A stretch of 64,000 nucleotides of DNA. Source: Alphaproteobacteria bacterium. GTDB taxonomy: Bacteria; Pseudomonadota; Alphaproteobacteria; Rs-D84. The position numbers and the translations under genes are program-made. The stretch covers positions 9,831 to 73,830 of the forward strand of contig SUUQ01000007.1 of the NCBI GenBank assembly GCA_015062445.1. Reading direction: 5' to 3'. Positions 18,919-29,194 of this stretch are shown one piece after another. Every line of letters begins with the position of its first letter. Position 1 is the stretch's first letter. A model generated the notes under the pieces. The model worked only from the letters and a program-made list of their open reading frames with translations. It was not told where the DNA came from and did no database searches.

Positions 18919-19872
18919 ATGCCAGAGATGAAAAATAGATTTTGCTTACTTATTGTTTTTAGTGTGTTTTTACCTCACTCTCCCGCAGCTGCAAATGTCT
19001 TGCCACTGAATGATGCACTGCGTGCCACATATACCGCATGCGTTGGCATTGATGATGAATTAGCCGACCTGAAAACAATGGCCGGTATAAATACCGCAAT
19101 TACATCTGTTGGAACGGCGACCGGTGTTGGTGCAACTGTGACGGGGTTGGTCAAGGCCGACAAAGACAAGCAAATCGAAATAAAACTGGAAAAACTGCGC
19201 GAAATAGAACAAAAAAATCCAGGCCTACAATCCACAGATGCTGAATGGGATAATTTTGAATCCGGCCTGAAAACAGAACTGGCCAATGCAAAAAAAGAGG
19301 TTGAAAAATATCAGGCAGAAATTGAAAAACTGAATCAGCAATCAAAAAATTTGGGCAATTGGCGTACTGGCCTGATGGCTGGTGCAACCGCAACCAATGC
19401 GGCTGGTGCAATTATTGCCGGCACGAATAAAGTAGATGCCGACCTGCAAACCCAAATAAACAATTGTATCGGCAGTGTCAAAACACTGCAAAATTCTATG
19501 ATGCAGGCACGTATAAATGGCGAAGATGTGTCCGAGGCAGAAACAATCGCATCCGCCTGTGGCGAATACGAATATGTCGATGTGTCCAAGATAAATAATC
19601 GTGCCAAAGGTGCTTTTGTATCATCCACCGTTGGTGCGGCGACCGGGTTGGCCGGAACAATTACATCCGCCACAGCCAATTCAAACAAAATACGCGGTGC
19701 CCAGGGTGATGCGGCACAACAGAAAGAAAAAAATCTGAATACTGCATCAAATGTGTTGGCGGGTGCAACAACTGTGGCTTCGGCAACGGCAACTGTATTC
19801 AACGCAACACAGATATCCGCAATAAAAAAAGTGGCCGCAGTCGCCGAAAAATGTACGGGGGTATTGAAATGA
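18919..19872 (+). CDS. Secreted Ala/Thr/Gly-rich helical protein with coiled coil
   Basis: Signal peptide; four small-residue hydrophobic segments; ATGA overlap with the next gene. Confidence 0.7.
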   Translation: MPEMKNRFCLLIVFSVFLPHSPAAANVLPLNDALRATYTACVGIDDELADLKTMAGINTAITSVGTATGVGATVTGLVKADKDKQIEIKLEKLREIEQKNPGLQSTDAEWDNFESGLKTELANAKKEVEKYQAEIEKLNQQSKNLGNWRTGLMAGATATNAAGAIIAGTNKVDADLQTQINNCIGSVKTLQNSMMQARINGEDVSEAETIASACGEYEYVDVSKINNRAKGAFVSSTVGAATGLAGTITSATANSNKIRGAQGDAAQQKEKNLNTASNVLAGATTVASATATVFNATQISAIKKVAAVAEKCTGVLK

Positions 19873-22800
19873 AGAAATCTCTGATTGCATTTTTGTGTAC
19901 ATTTATTGCGTTACCTGCGGTGGCTGATAATCATATCAAATTCAAGGCATCCGCAATCGAAGATACGATAAATACAATGGTGCCTGAAACACATCGCGCG
20001 TCCGCAGCAGACGAATATCAAAAACAGATGGATTCAACCACCGGTAAAATATCTGTTCTGGGTATTTACAAGGTTTGTGCGGCCGCCGGGTTCGATATAA
20101 ATAATACAAATGGATATAACGGTTGTCGCCTGTTTATAAATACAATCGCAGAAAAATCTGGTTTTGGCTCTGGCAGCGCAAACCAACAAAATTGCAGAAC
20201 CAAATTCAATGGCATTTGGACTGTGACCACTGATGGCACAGAACAATGTGTCGGCAAAGATGGCCATAAATTGGTGTACAGTGCATCGTGCCATGGTGGT
20301 GATGGAAAATGTATACGTGATTTTGCATCCCTGCAGACCCAGGTACCCACCGCCAAAGAATTTATTTATGCATATGGGAAAAAACACGAAATCGCATTTA
20401 CGTGCTCTAATGAAAAAGTAGACATTAAAAAAATTGGCGACGACTACATAAAATGCAGTGCGGGTGGCGTGGCATATGAATTTCAATTTGACGATTTGAA
20501 TCAGGACCCGGGGCAAACCGCGGTTGAATCTGAAAATACGGCCCTGTGTGAAATGTTTGGTGGTAAAATTGTAAAACATCCGGACAGCAGTATTGAAAAA
20601 CAATGGCAATCGTGCGAAGTATCAAGGGAAATTTGCAATGGCCCACTACATAATTTGGCAATAAAAATCGGTCACAATGTTATGTACCAGGGATACTGCC
20701 GCCTGTCACGCACAGTAAAAGAAACATCGGTCGTTGGTCTAAAAACATTACCGGGTGTGGACAGTCGTGTGTTTTATAACACCGGCGCCCAAATGCGTGC
20801 CGGCATGGCCAAGGAACAAACCGAAGAATATTTGCGCACAAAATTCCCAAATGAAACATATATAAACTGTGACCCAAATCCAAAAATATTGAATGAGGGC
20901 TTTGGAGTTGACCAGGACTATGTCATGACCTGTACCGTTGGCAGTAAACAGGTTGATTTTATATTCCACGACCTGACCGAGGGGAATGATGGACGTGCCG
21001 CAACCGGCATGGATGCAATGCAGTGTATAATCAGTGGTGGTACATTCAAGGGCGAATCCTGCCGTGGTCCAACCCAAGAGGAATGCGATGCCTTGGATGC
21101 GGCATTGCGTGCCAAGGGCTCATCTGAGGGTGCAGAGTGGGATGACGATGTTCGTGCATGTATTATGGGCAACGCAATGAAGACCTATAAACGCGATGTT
21201 GCAACGGGATACATTGTTGGTGCTGTTGTCATTGTTGGTGGTGCCATAGTAGCCATAGGCACTGGTGGCGCAGCAGTACCAATTATCGTTAGTGGAGCCG
21301 AAATGCTGGTAACAGATCTTGCAATCACTTACGCCATTGATGCAAACCATAGACGGTTGAGCAAACAAGCCGCTAGTAGATATATTGACTTTGTAGCAGA
21401 TGCATCTGAATGTAAGGACGAGCCATGTGCATTAAAAGTATTAAAGAAACATTATGCAACATTATCAGGAGTTATGAATGATTTAAACAAAGGCGACCAA
21501 GCTGTTGTTGATTATGTAATGGATGAACTTTTAGGTTTGATAAAAACAGAATATGTCGCTTGCGGTAAAAATGATAAAGGACAGATTGTCGTTGCCACAG
21601 CAGCAGAATGTGCGATGAAGAAATCAACATTACGAGCAATAGACTATATAGACAAGGTATCAGAACCGGTGCTTATTATAGCAAGCGTTGCATATAACCC
21701 AGGTTACGTAACCGCCAGATTTACAAAACTAAAAAACCTTAGCAAACTTGCAAAAGTTGATGATGTTATGGATGTAGCGCATATGTCAACTACAGATAGA
21801 AAGTTTTTTGAGGCATACGAAAAGTATGGTAAACGTAGCCAGACTCCTGAAGAATTTAAAGCCATGTTTGGTGGAGATTATGCTAAGTTAGAAGAAACAA
21901 TAAAAAGAGAGGGTTGGATTGCACTTGATGAAATGAGTTCGATATCACAAAAAAGTATCGACAAATTACAAGAAGAATACAATCAAATCAATCGTCAAAT
22001 AGACGATATGTTTAGTCCTGGTAGCTATAATGAAGCCACTGGTACATTTACAGATCCTAACGCTCAGAAACGTTTTGAGGAATTAGTACAAAAACGACAC
22101 GATGTTCATAATCGGTTCATGAACGAAAGAACTGCTTTTGAGACCCCTGGACAATTTGAAAATTATTCAATACCACAAGAGCAAAAAATGGCTCTTTTAA
22201 ATGTGAGGTGGGAGGCTGAAACCAAATTGCAGGAAGCAAAAAAGAACGTTCTTGATAATAACCCTGTATGGAAAGAAATCGAGGAGATTGTGGATGCAGA
22301 ATATAAGAGCGGTAAAATACCTGCTGAGAAATATATTACACGTTGGGATGAAGTTGCTAAAGCTCGCGGAACATCCAGAGAATCTTACATGGATGCTGTC
22401 GAGTCCGCGCAAAGTACTGTAAGGAAAGAATACAACACAAAAATTATACCACAAGTAGCAAAGCTGGATAATAAAGATTTTGTTGTTGCAGAACGTGTTC
22501 AATTATATTCTGAAATTGTAGACAAAGACCCAGAATTACGTCGTATGGCAACAAGATTCGATAAATTGACAGATGAAGAAAAGCTCGCCTTTGGTCAAAA
22601 AATAATGAACAAGAGTGGCGATTATACACAGGCTAGTAAATATCAACTAAAAAGCACATCACAGTGGGATGCTGAGCATGTTGGGGAGAGTCGTGATTTT
22701 ATAGGATTACATTCCAGTAATGAAAAAACGATATATGTAGATTTGAAAGAAGAAGGCAGTTCATTACCAGAATTTATGAATACGCTTGCTCATGAAGACG

Positions 22801-23093
22801 GACACAGAATTGATAGAACTAGCGGGAATATGGGAATGTTAGGACGAGAACAGGCTAGTCTTAGTCATACTACATATTCAAATAAATGGAATGAGGGATA
22901 TAAGTTCACATTAGATGAACAAAGTTCTTACGCTATTGGTGATGCTGTTGAACAAGATTTCAACCGATTGCAAGACTACCGTTTTACAACAGCTCATAAA
23001 TTCGGCAAAAGTGATGCAAATTATATCGATAATATCGCAGCAGAGGCTGCTGCTGTAATGGCAGTAGGCATAGGAGTAGCGGAATTAGAATAA
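19869..23093 (+). CDS. Large secreted protein: Cys-rich N-half, hydrophobic hairpin, C-terminal HExxH metallopeptidase-like domain
   Basis: MKKSLIAF signal peptide; IVGAVVIVGGAIVAIGTGGAAVPIIV; LAHEDGH near the C-terminus. Confidence 0.75.
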   Translation: MKKSLIAFLCTFIALPAVADNHIKFKASAIEDTINTMVPETHRASAADEYQKQMDSTTGKISVLGIYKVCAAAGFDINNTNGYNGCRLFINTIAEKSGFGSGSANQQNCRTKFNGIWTVTTDGTEQCVGKDGHKLVYSASCHGGDGKCIRDFASLQTQVPTAKEFIYAYGKKHEIAFTCSNEKVDIKKIGDDYIKCSAGGVAYEFQFDDLNQDPGQTAVESENTALCEMFGGKIVKHPDSSIEKQWQSCEVSREICNGPLHNLAIKIGHNVMYQGYCRLSRTVKETSVVGLKTLPGVDSRVFYNTGAQMRAGMAKEQTEEYLRTKFPNETYINCDPNPKILNEGFGVDQDYVMTCTVGSKQVDFIFHDLTEGNDGRAATGMDAMQCIISGGTFKGESCRGPTQEECDALDAALRAKGSSEGAEWDDDVRACIMGNAMKTYKRDVATGYIVGAVVIVGGAIVAIGTGGAAVPIIVSGAEMLVTDLAITYAIDANHRRLSKQAASRYIDFVADASECKDEPCALKVLKKHYATLSGVMNDLNKGDQAVVDYVMDELLGLIKTEYVACGKNDKGQIVVATAAECAMKKSTLRAIDYIDKVSEPVLIIASVAYNPGYVTARFTKLKNLSKLAKVDDVMDVAHMSTTDRKFFEAYEKYGKRSQTPEEFKAMFGGDYAKLEETIKREGWIALDEMSSISQKSIDKLQEEYNQINRQIDDMFSPGSYNEATGTFTDPNAQKRFEELVQKRHDVHNRFMNERTAFETPGQFENYSIPQEQKMALLNVRWEAETKLQEAKKNVLDNNPVWKEIEEIVDAEYKSGKIPAEKYITRWDEVAKARGTSRESYMDAVESAQSTVRKEYNTKIIPQVAKLDNKDFVVAERVQLYSEIVDKDPELRRMATRFDKLTDEEKLAFGQKIMNKSGDYTQASKYQLKSTSQWDAEHVGESRDFIGLHSSNEKTIYVDLKEEGSSLPEFMNTLAHEDGHRIDRTSGNMGMLGREQASLSHTTYSNKWNEGYKFTLDEQSSYAIGDAVEQDFNRLQDYRFTTAHKFGKSDANYIDNIAAEAAAVMAVGIGVAELE

Positions 23094-23106
23094 CAATAAC
23101 AACTAA

Positions 23107-23143
23107 AAAGGACGATAAGGACCCAGGGTCCTTATCGTCCTTT
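23107..23143. repeat. Perfect 37-bp palindrome (18-bp arms, 1-nt centre)
   Basis: aaaggacgataaggaccc-a-gggtccttatcgtccttt. Confidence 0.95.
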
Positions 23144-23156
23144 ACTAACCAAAATT

Positions 23157-23182
23157 AAAACCGCCCGAATGGGCGGGGTTTT
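23157..23182. terminator. Bidirectional terminator
   Basis: aaaaccgccc-gaat-gggcggggtttt between convergent genes. Confidence 0.7.
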
Positions 23183-23717
23183 ATTTTTCACGTTCGCGTT
23201 CGTGTTGGCGTTCGCGTTCCAGTGTGCGGCTGTTAAATATTTCACGAAACTGTGGTGCTGGTGATGGGCTGACCGGTGTCTGTGGTGTGCCGGGGGCCCA
23301 GTCCATAATTTTTCGGCGAATTATGTCCATGCCATTTTGAATCTTGGTATTGGCATCTTCGGTCCAGGCGGCACGCTTTTCGGGTGGGCAATTGATATAT
23401 TCGTTCGTGTGTGCAACCGAAGTCATTTTGATTTTCATTTTGCGAATATGTTCAAATGTTGCATACCGAACATAGTTCGTTGCCATATTATTTACAGGTA
23501 TTGAAAATATCGCATCCCGCAGTGCATCCATTGCCGCCAACCATGCCGCCCCCAGTGTTCCGCCATCCAGCCATTTCAGCAGTGACAGCCCCGAATACAG
23601 AACGCCTATGGCGTTGTCTATGATTTGCTTGTCTGCGTCTGTCAGTTGGCACGCATCAAATTCTGCGGCCGATTGTCCCGACAGCATTGCCAACGTTTTT
23701 TCAAATTCTATGTCCAT
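23181..23717 (-). CDS. Hypothetical protein with charged C-terminal tail (ERERQHEREREK)
   Basis: 178-aa ORF with SD-like AAGGA. Confidence 0.7.
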   Translation of the reverse strand: MDIEFEKTLAMLSGQSAAEFDACQLTDADKQIIDNAIGVLYSGLSLLKWLDGGTLGAAWLAAMDALRDAIFSIPVNNMATNYVRYATFEHIRKMKIKMTSVAHTNEYINCPPEKRAAWTEDANTKIQNGMDIIRRKIMDWAPGTPQTPVSPSPAPQFREIFNSRTLERERQHEREREK

Positions 23718-23741
23718 TTTTTATATTTCCTTGGTTTATTA

Positions 23742-24752
23742 TTATGCCGCGTTTTGGAATTGCTGACCGATAATCCACATTTGCATACGTTTCTGCATTT
23801 TGATTTGCAGTTGTGCATGTTGTGCAATAACCTTTTGTTCTGCCTGTGCCAGGGCTGCTTTTTTCTGAGGTATTGACAGCGCAGATTTTTCTTTATCTGC
23901 GGTCATGACCGGAATTTCAGATTGCTTTTTTGTATCACGCAGTGTTGGAAATGCACCAGATTTTGCCTGTGGTTGCACAGCGGGCCGGGGTGTATATTGC
24001 ACATCCGGTTTTTGTTGAGTTGCCTGGGCCAGTTGTGCCTGCGCGACCAGATTTAATTGTGGCTGCGGCATTTGTTGCTGTTGCTGCTGTTTTTGCAGTG
24101 CGGCCATCTGTTCAGGTTGCACCATCTGTTGTGGCGATTTTTCTGGTATTGACAGTGCAGATTTTTCTTTATCTGCGGTCATGACCGGAATTTCAGATTG
24201 CTTTTTTGTATCACGCAGTGTTGGAAACGCACCAGATTTTGCCTGTGGCTGCACAGCGGGCTGGGCTGCATGTTGTGTATCTGTCTTCTGTTGTTGTTGC
24301 ATGGCAACCATTTGTTCGGCCCGGTCATTATACTGTGCCAGGATAATATTAATGGTGTCCATCGCAGTGCGAATCATATTTGTGCCATGTTCACGAATCT
24401 GTTTTGCTTCGTTTTGATTTGGATTAATCGCTTTGTCACGATTTTTGTGTGTCATGATTACTTGGGACCAGTATGGTTTATGTGCGGCAAATACATTTTT
24501 CAGATACTGTGCCGCCGGGTTTTTATCATTTTTTGTTTTGATAAATGAATCGCATTGCCCCAGTGCGGTTTGCCATGCCCGCCCCAGCGAGTGTTTATTC
24601 GTCCAGTTAACCCATGTGAATCCTGTGAACAGTTTCATATATGCATCGGCCAGCATTTTTCTGTCATCCTTGCTGACACGTTTTTGTATTTCTGGGGTCA
24701 GTTTTATCATAAATTTTTGTTGTAAATCTGCGATGTTTGTTTGTGTTGTCAT
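23742..24752 (-). CDS. Hypothetical Gln-rich protein with internal 39-aa duplication
   Basis: 336-aa ORF; PAVQPQAKSGAFPTLRDTKKQSEIPVMTADKEKSALSIP occurs twice. Confidence 0.75.
   Translation of the reverse strand: MTTQTNIADLQQKFMIKLTPEIQKRVSKDDRKMLADAYMKLFTGFTWVNWTNKHSLGRAWQTALGQCDSFIKTKNDKNPAAQYLKNVFAAHKPYWSQVIMTHKNRDKAINPNQNEAKQIREHGTNMIRTAMDTINIILAQYNDRAEQMVAMQQQQKTDTQHAAQPAVQPQAKSGAFPTLRDTKKQSEIPVMTADKEKSALSIPEKSPQQMVQPEQMAALQKQQQQQQMPQPQLNLVAQAQLAQATQQKPDVQYTPRPAVQPQAKSGAFPTLRDTKKQSEIPVMTADKEKSALSIPQKKAALAQAEQKVIAQHAQLQIKMQKRMQMWIIGQQFQNAA
23869..24261. repeat. 117-bp intragenic direct repeat (23869-23985 and 24145-24261)
   Basis: Near-identical copies 276 bp apart. Confidence 0.9.
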
Positions 24753-25002
24753 GATTGAACCTCTTGATTAAAATACTGGGGTCCATCCCACAGCAATTTT
24801 ATATAGGTCGCCTGTCATATATTTTCAAGGGGCTGTTGTCAAGAAAATTTATTTTTTGACATATGTCCTATTCTGGTGCAAGAATACAGATGTTCATATC
24901 GCAACAACATACTGTTGCCAACAATGGGCGGTATGGGTATGGACCCGCATCTTGCCAATAATGGGGGTGTGGCATTTCATCGAAAACCAAGGAGTTAAAC
25001 AG

Positions 25003-25995
25003 ATGAAAAAAACATTAAGTGCAGCAGTTGCATTGTCGATTTTCGCGGCACCTGCGATTGCGGCCAACCTGGAAAATCCATTGTACATGCCAAAACAGGG
25101 TACTGGATATTCCAAAACATCTGCGGGTGTAATGTACAAAATCGCAGATGATTCAGATGCACATGTTACCAAGAATCATGATGGCGCAACAGAATTTCCA
25201 ATCTGGCGTGTTCACGAAGAATTGGGATACGGTATTTTGGACAACCTGGAAGCGTACGCGAAATTCGGTTATACCCATGACGGCGACATTGATCGCAAGG
25301 GTATGCACCTGGGCCGTGCCGGTTTGAAATACCGTGCCATTGACACAGACACAGGTTGGGTGTGGGACCTGTATGCAGATGCCCAGTTGGGCGGAATCAG
25401 TGAAATGTCTGGTTCGTATACTGCAACCGGTTTCAATTATGATAATTATTCGAATGGTCGCTGGGGATTCCACGTTGGAACCCAGGTGGGCAAAGCATGG
25501 TCTAAATTCAGCATGGCTGGATTCGTAGAAGTTTTGCGTACATTCGGCAACGATAATAACAAAATTGATATTTCTCAATCACCATTGGCCGGTTTGTCGG
25601 CATTGGGGATGCCTATGGAAATTTCAGTCGATTTGAAATCAACGACCGAAGTTAATGTAGGTTTGAAAATGTTCTATCAGTTGGATGATCGTTGGTCATT
25701 CGGTGGTGGTCTGACATACAAACATCACGCAGACAATGGCGTAGAAGGTTTGGCAACAGATGTTCCGAATCACCCGATGATTGCTGGTACAGTTGCGACC
25801 CTGGAATCCCAGTTGGCCGATATGAACGATGGGTTTGACGAATACGTTGTTAATTTGACAGCGGCATATCAAATGACCGATATAACCCAGGTTGCGGTTT
25901 ACGGTGAATACACATTTGATACTGCACATGCCCAGTCTCAGAATGGTACCGATGTCAAGGCCGAATTGGGTGTTCGTTTGAACGTTCAGTTCTAG
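25003..25995 (+). CDS. Outer-membrane beta-barrel protein
   Basis: Signal peptide MKKTLSAAVALSIFAAPAIA; alternating beta-strands; terminal GVRLNVQF (BAM signal). Confidence 0.8.
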   Translation: MKKTLSAAVALSIFAAPAIAANLENPLYMPKQGTGYSKTSAGVMYKIADDSDAHVTKNHDGATEFPIWRVHEELGYGILDNLEAYAKFGYTHDGDIDRKGMHLGRAGLKYRAIDTDTGWVWDLYADAQLGGISEMSGSYTATGFNYDNYSNGRWGFHVGTQVGKAWSKFSMAGFVEVLRTFGNDNNKIDISQSPLAGLSALGMPMEISVDLKSTTEVNVGLKMFYQLDDRWSFGGGLTYKHHADNGVEGLATDVPNHPMIAGTVATLESQLADMNDGFDEYVVNLTAAYQMTDITQVAVYGEYTFDTAHAQSQNGTDVKAELGVRLNVQF

Positions 25996-26134
25996 GATCG
26001 GACAATAAAGCAAAATAAAAAATAAACATATATTGGACAAAGTCCCGCCCCACATGGGCGGGATTTTTATATCTGATTACTTGCACAGTTGTTCAGAAAA
26101 TGATATAATAAACCAAAAGAAATATGGGAAAGGC

Positions 26135-27226
26135 ATGAAAAAGACAAGCATTTCTGCCGTGTTGACTGGTATACTGTTGGGGCTGCCGATGGCGGCTGGT
26201 GCTGCGTATCCAACGTATCCGACATACCAGACGGCCGCAATGAACGGGCAGCAGATGTATATGCCCGCCGTAAATAATCCTGCTGTTATGGGGAATGGGG
26301 GTGTGTCTTATGGCAATGTTGCTGCGGCCCAGCCGACACGTATAACTGGTGCGTTGCCACGTGTGGGCTCGTCCCAGACAACTGCCGGGCGCCAGTATTA
26401 TCAACCCGCCGACTATGACAGACTGGCGGACAGTGGTCTGTACGTTGGGCTGTCTGTTGCATATACTGCTTCATTGATGGGAGCGATGTCGTCCGACTAT
26501 ACTGGCGAAGAAGATGCATATACTGTGCCTGGTGCATTTCAAAGTGCTGATTTTGAATCAGACACCATGATACCGCTGCAGGTTTCTGTTGGTGCGGCAT
26601 TAAACAATGATGTTCGTGTTGATTTTTCATATTTGCGTTATTCTGGGTTATCATATCCCAAAACGGTTCAGACTGCTGATGGTGCCGGTGGCTTTGTCGA
26701 GGCCCAGGTTGATGGCGGTGCGATTACGACAAACACGGCGATGTTAAATGTGTACTATAATATCGACACGTTCACGGGGTATTTGGCGGGTGGTGCGTTG
26801 CGTCCATACATTGGGGCGGGTGTTGGTATATCGTTAAACACGATTTCAGACTATGTTGTATACGATAACACATTTTATTCTGTGATGGATCCTGCGTATG
26901 CGCCTGCGGGTAAATTGACGGGTATATCTGACATTTATGCATACCACAATGGTGGCACGTCCGAGCAATTGGCATTCATGCTGGAAGGTGGTCTGACCAC
27001 AGAATTGCAGGGCGGAATTAAACTGGATTTCTTTATTCGCTATGCCAATTTGGGCAAGGTTAAAAATTCAGGCAGCATCGTTTTAAGCCAGATTGAATGG
27101 CTGGGCGATGGCGCCGGGGGCGAGTACGAGGCACCATACGACAGTGTATTCCACTATACCAACTGGTACGAGAGTGGCCGTCTGGGTATGGTTGATGCAG
27201 GTATTCGATTAAGATTACAGTTTTAA
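26135..27226 (+). CDS. Outer-membrane beta-barrel protein (opacity/OmpA-like barrel) with low-complexity N-region
   Basis: Signal peptide; VRVDFSY, RPYIGAGVG motifs; terminal AGIRLRLQF. Confidence 0.8.
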   Translation: MKKTSISAVLTGILLGLPMAAGAAYPTYPTYQTAAMNGQQMYMPAVNNPAVMGNGGVSYGNVAAAQPTRITGALPRVGSSQTTAGRQYYQPADYDRLADSGLYVGLSVAYTASLMGAMSSDYTGEEDAYTVPGAFQSADFESDTMIPLQVSVGAALNNDVRVDFSYLRYSGLSYPKTVQTADGAGGFVEAQVDGGAITTNTAMLNVYYNIDTFTGYLAGGALRPYIGAGVGISLNTISDYVVYDNTFYSVMDPAYAPAGKLTGISDIYAYHNGGTSEQLAFMLEGGLTTELQGGIKLDFFIRYANLGKVKNSGSIVLSQIEWLGDGAGGEYEAPYDSVFHYTNWYESGRLGMVDAGIRLRLQF

Positions 27227-27289
27227 CGTTATAGAACACCGGGCATTTGCCCGGTTGTGCTGATTTATATCTTGGGGATGAAAAAAGGG

Positions 27290-28930
27290 ATGAGAAACAC
27301 AAAATCAATATTGTTTTATTCGTTATTGGCGACATTGGTTCCATGTGTTGCGATGGCGGGTATCCGTGTTGGCAATCTGTCACGTTCGAATGCGGCGGGC
27401 TATCAACAGGTGAACCAGGCACGTTTTCAGGCGGACCAGGCCACCCAGGCGGCTGCAGAAACTGCGGCGGCTGCTGCGGTTCCCCAGGGGGGTGAAAATG
27501 GTGCATTGGTGGCCAGTTCACAGACGGAATCCGGTCAGATGTCACGTTGTTCAATGATTTATCCCAACGGTGAATTTTCCTGGTCCCGTCCCACGGTCGG
27601 GCATGGTATCGGCGGTGCGTCGACCTGTACTGCAGTTGTTGAAATGCGTGCGATTGGTGCGGGCGAAAACGGGGCGGATTTGGTTGTTGCCCGTGCGAAT
27701 TTGGCGGCTGGCGACAGTGTTCGTTGCAACATATCAGACTTTTCAGAAATGACCTGGCTGCCTGCTGCGGGTGAAATTGAATTTCCTGCGGATAACGAAC
27801 CGACCATGGATGATGTTATAACCACTATGAACCGTGAACAGAAACAAAATGCCGGTCTAAAGATTGCGGCGGGGGCCGTTATTGGTGGTCTGGGCGGCAA
27901 CATGGCGGGCAAGAATGAACCTGGCAAAGATGGTTTGCTGGGCGGTGGCAAGGCCAAAACCAACAGTACGATTATTGGCGCCCTGGGGGGTGCGGCTTTG
28001 ATGGCGGGCAATGCCTACACGGGCAAGGTTGCCGGTGATGTGATTTTATCGACTGGTGTGAATGCGGCGGCGGGTGCAGTTATGGGCAACATTGTTGCCA
28101 GTGGTGATTCTGTAATGCGGATTGAACCGTGCACGGTTGATGAGAAGGATACAACATGCCTGTGGGGCTTTGTTGAAAAGACAAAAGCATTGGAAAATGG
28201 CGAAGTCGCATATGTATCTGCCACAAATATAAATAATTTTCTTGTTTGTAAACGTGATGAATCAGATGAGGATCGTGAAATTTGTTCTGCGGCAAATCTG
28301 ACCCGTGCAGTTGTCGAAGAATATGAAAACGAAAAAAGCAAATCAGATAAACAACCCATGGAATTGTCTGATATGCTGCAAGAGAGCTTTGGCAAAGTTA
28401 CCAAGCGTTATTGCTATTCCGACAACAAAATGCAGGAAAGCAGCACCTGTGACAAAGATATGTATATCAAACTGAAATCTGCTGTCTATGTGACAAATCG
28501 TATTGCGGCGATGCTGGTTGGTGTTGCGGACAAAGGCAGTGGCTGGAAACGTGCTGATTGGTCTGATTTGAAACAGCGCTATTCTGGTGCACAGATTGTT
28601 GGTCGTGCTGGTTCTGGCACTGCGACAAATTTGCCGACCAAGCCCGACATAAATGATTTTCGTCCTGCATACCTTGATGCATCAGATGGCGGTGTTGTTG
28701 ACATTTCGAACAAGGCCCGTCTAAAAGGCACCTTGACCGGTGCCGGTGTTGGTGCGGGGATGGGTGCGTTTGTTGGATACCAGGGTGCCCAAAGTGACAT
28801 TGAAGAACGTTGGGTAACGGCGGTGCGTGAATACAAAGACAGTCTGGGCAAGGTTTATTGTGCAACAGGGACCCGATTCTTGTCCCAGTATAACGACACG
28901 ATAATAATTCCTGCGATGCCAGCAGAATAA
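27290..28930 (+). CDS. Secreted protein with glycine-zipper segments
   Basis: Signal peptide; AAGAVIGGLGG, IIGALGGAALMAG, GAGVGAGMGAFVG; many Cys. Confidence 0.7.
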   Translation: MRNTKSILFYSLLATLVPCVAMAGIRVGNLSRSNAAGYQQVNQARFQADQATQAAAETAAAAAVPQGGENGALVASSQTESGQMSRCSMIYPNGEFSWSRPTVGHGIGGASTCTAVVEMRAIGAGENGADLVVARANLAAGDSVRCNISDFSEMTWLPAAGEIEFPADNEPTMDDVITTMNREQKQNAGLKIAAGAVIGGLGGNMAGKNEPGKDGLLGGGKAKTNSTIIGALGGAALMAGNAYTGKVAGDVILSTGVNAAAGAVMGNIVASGDSVMRIEPCTVDEKDTTCLWGFVEKTKALENGEVAYVSATNINNFLVCKRDESDEDREICSAANLTRAVVEEYENEKSKSDKQPMELSDMLQESFGKVTKRYCYSDNKMQESSTCDKDMYIKLKSAVYVTNRIAAMLVGVADKGSGWKRADWSDLKQRYSGAQIVGRAGSGTATNLPTKPDINDFRPAYLDASDGGVVDISNKARLKGTLTGAGVGAGMGAFVGYQGAQSDIEERWVTAVREYKDSLGKVYCATGTRFLSQYNDTIIIPAMPAE

Positions 28931-28954
28931 AATGTCCCCCGATTGGGGGATTTT

Positions 28955-29173
28955 TTAATTTCGCCGTTTACACAAAATCATTGTTAACCCATTTGTCATA
29001 ATGCGTTCAACAATCTTTTCTGGCATCAGCATTTTACCATTTTCAATTCGTATCAAATCACGATGAGATACCCCCAGCATGTTTGCGCATTGACATCTTT
29101 TCAGGTTCAACGTATTGCGTGCATGTCGCAGGTAATGACCAAAGTATTTGGTGTCTACTAAAACAACTGCCAT
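28955..29173 (-). CDS. XRE/Cro-like helix-turn-helix protein, copy 1 (72 aa)
   Basis: FGHYLRHARNTLNLKRCQCANMLGVSHRDLIRIENGK; SD GGAGG. Confidence 0.85.
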   Translation of the reverse strand: MAVVLVDTKYFGHYLRHARNTLNLKRCQCANMLGVSHRDLIRIENGKMLMPEKIVERIMTNGLTMILCKRRN

Positions 29174-29194
29174 TTTTATCCTCCATGTTTTTTG

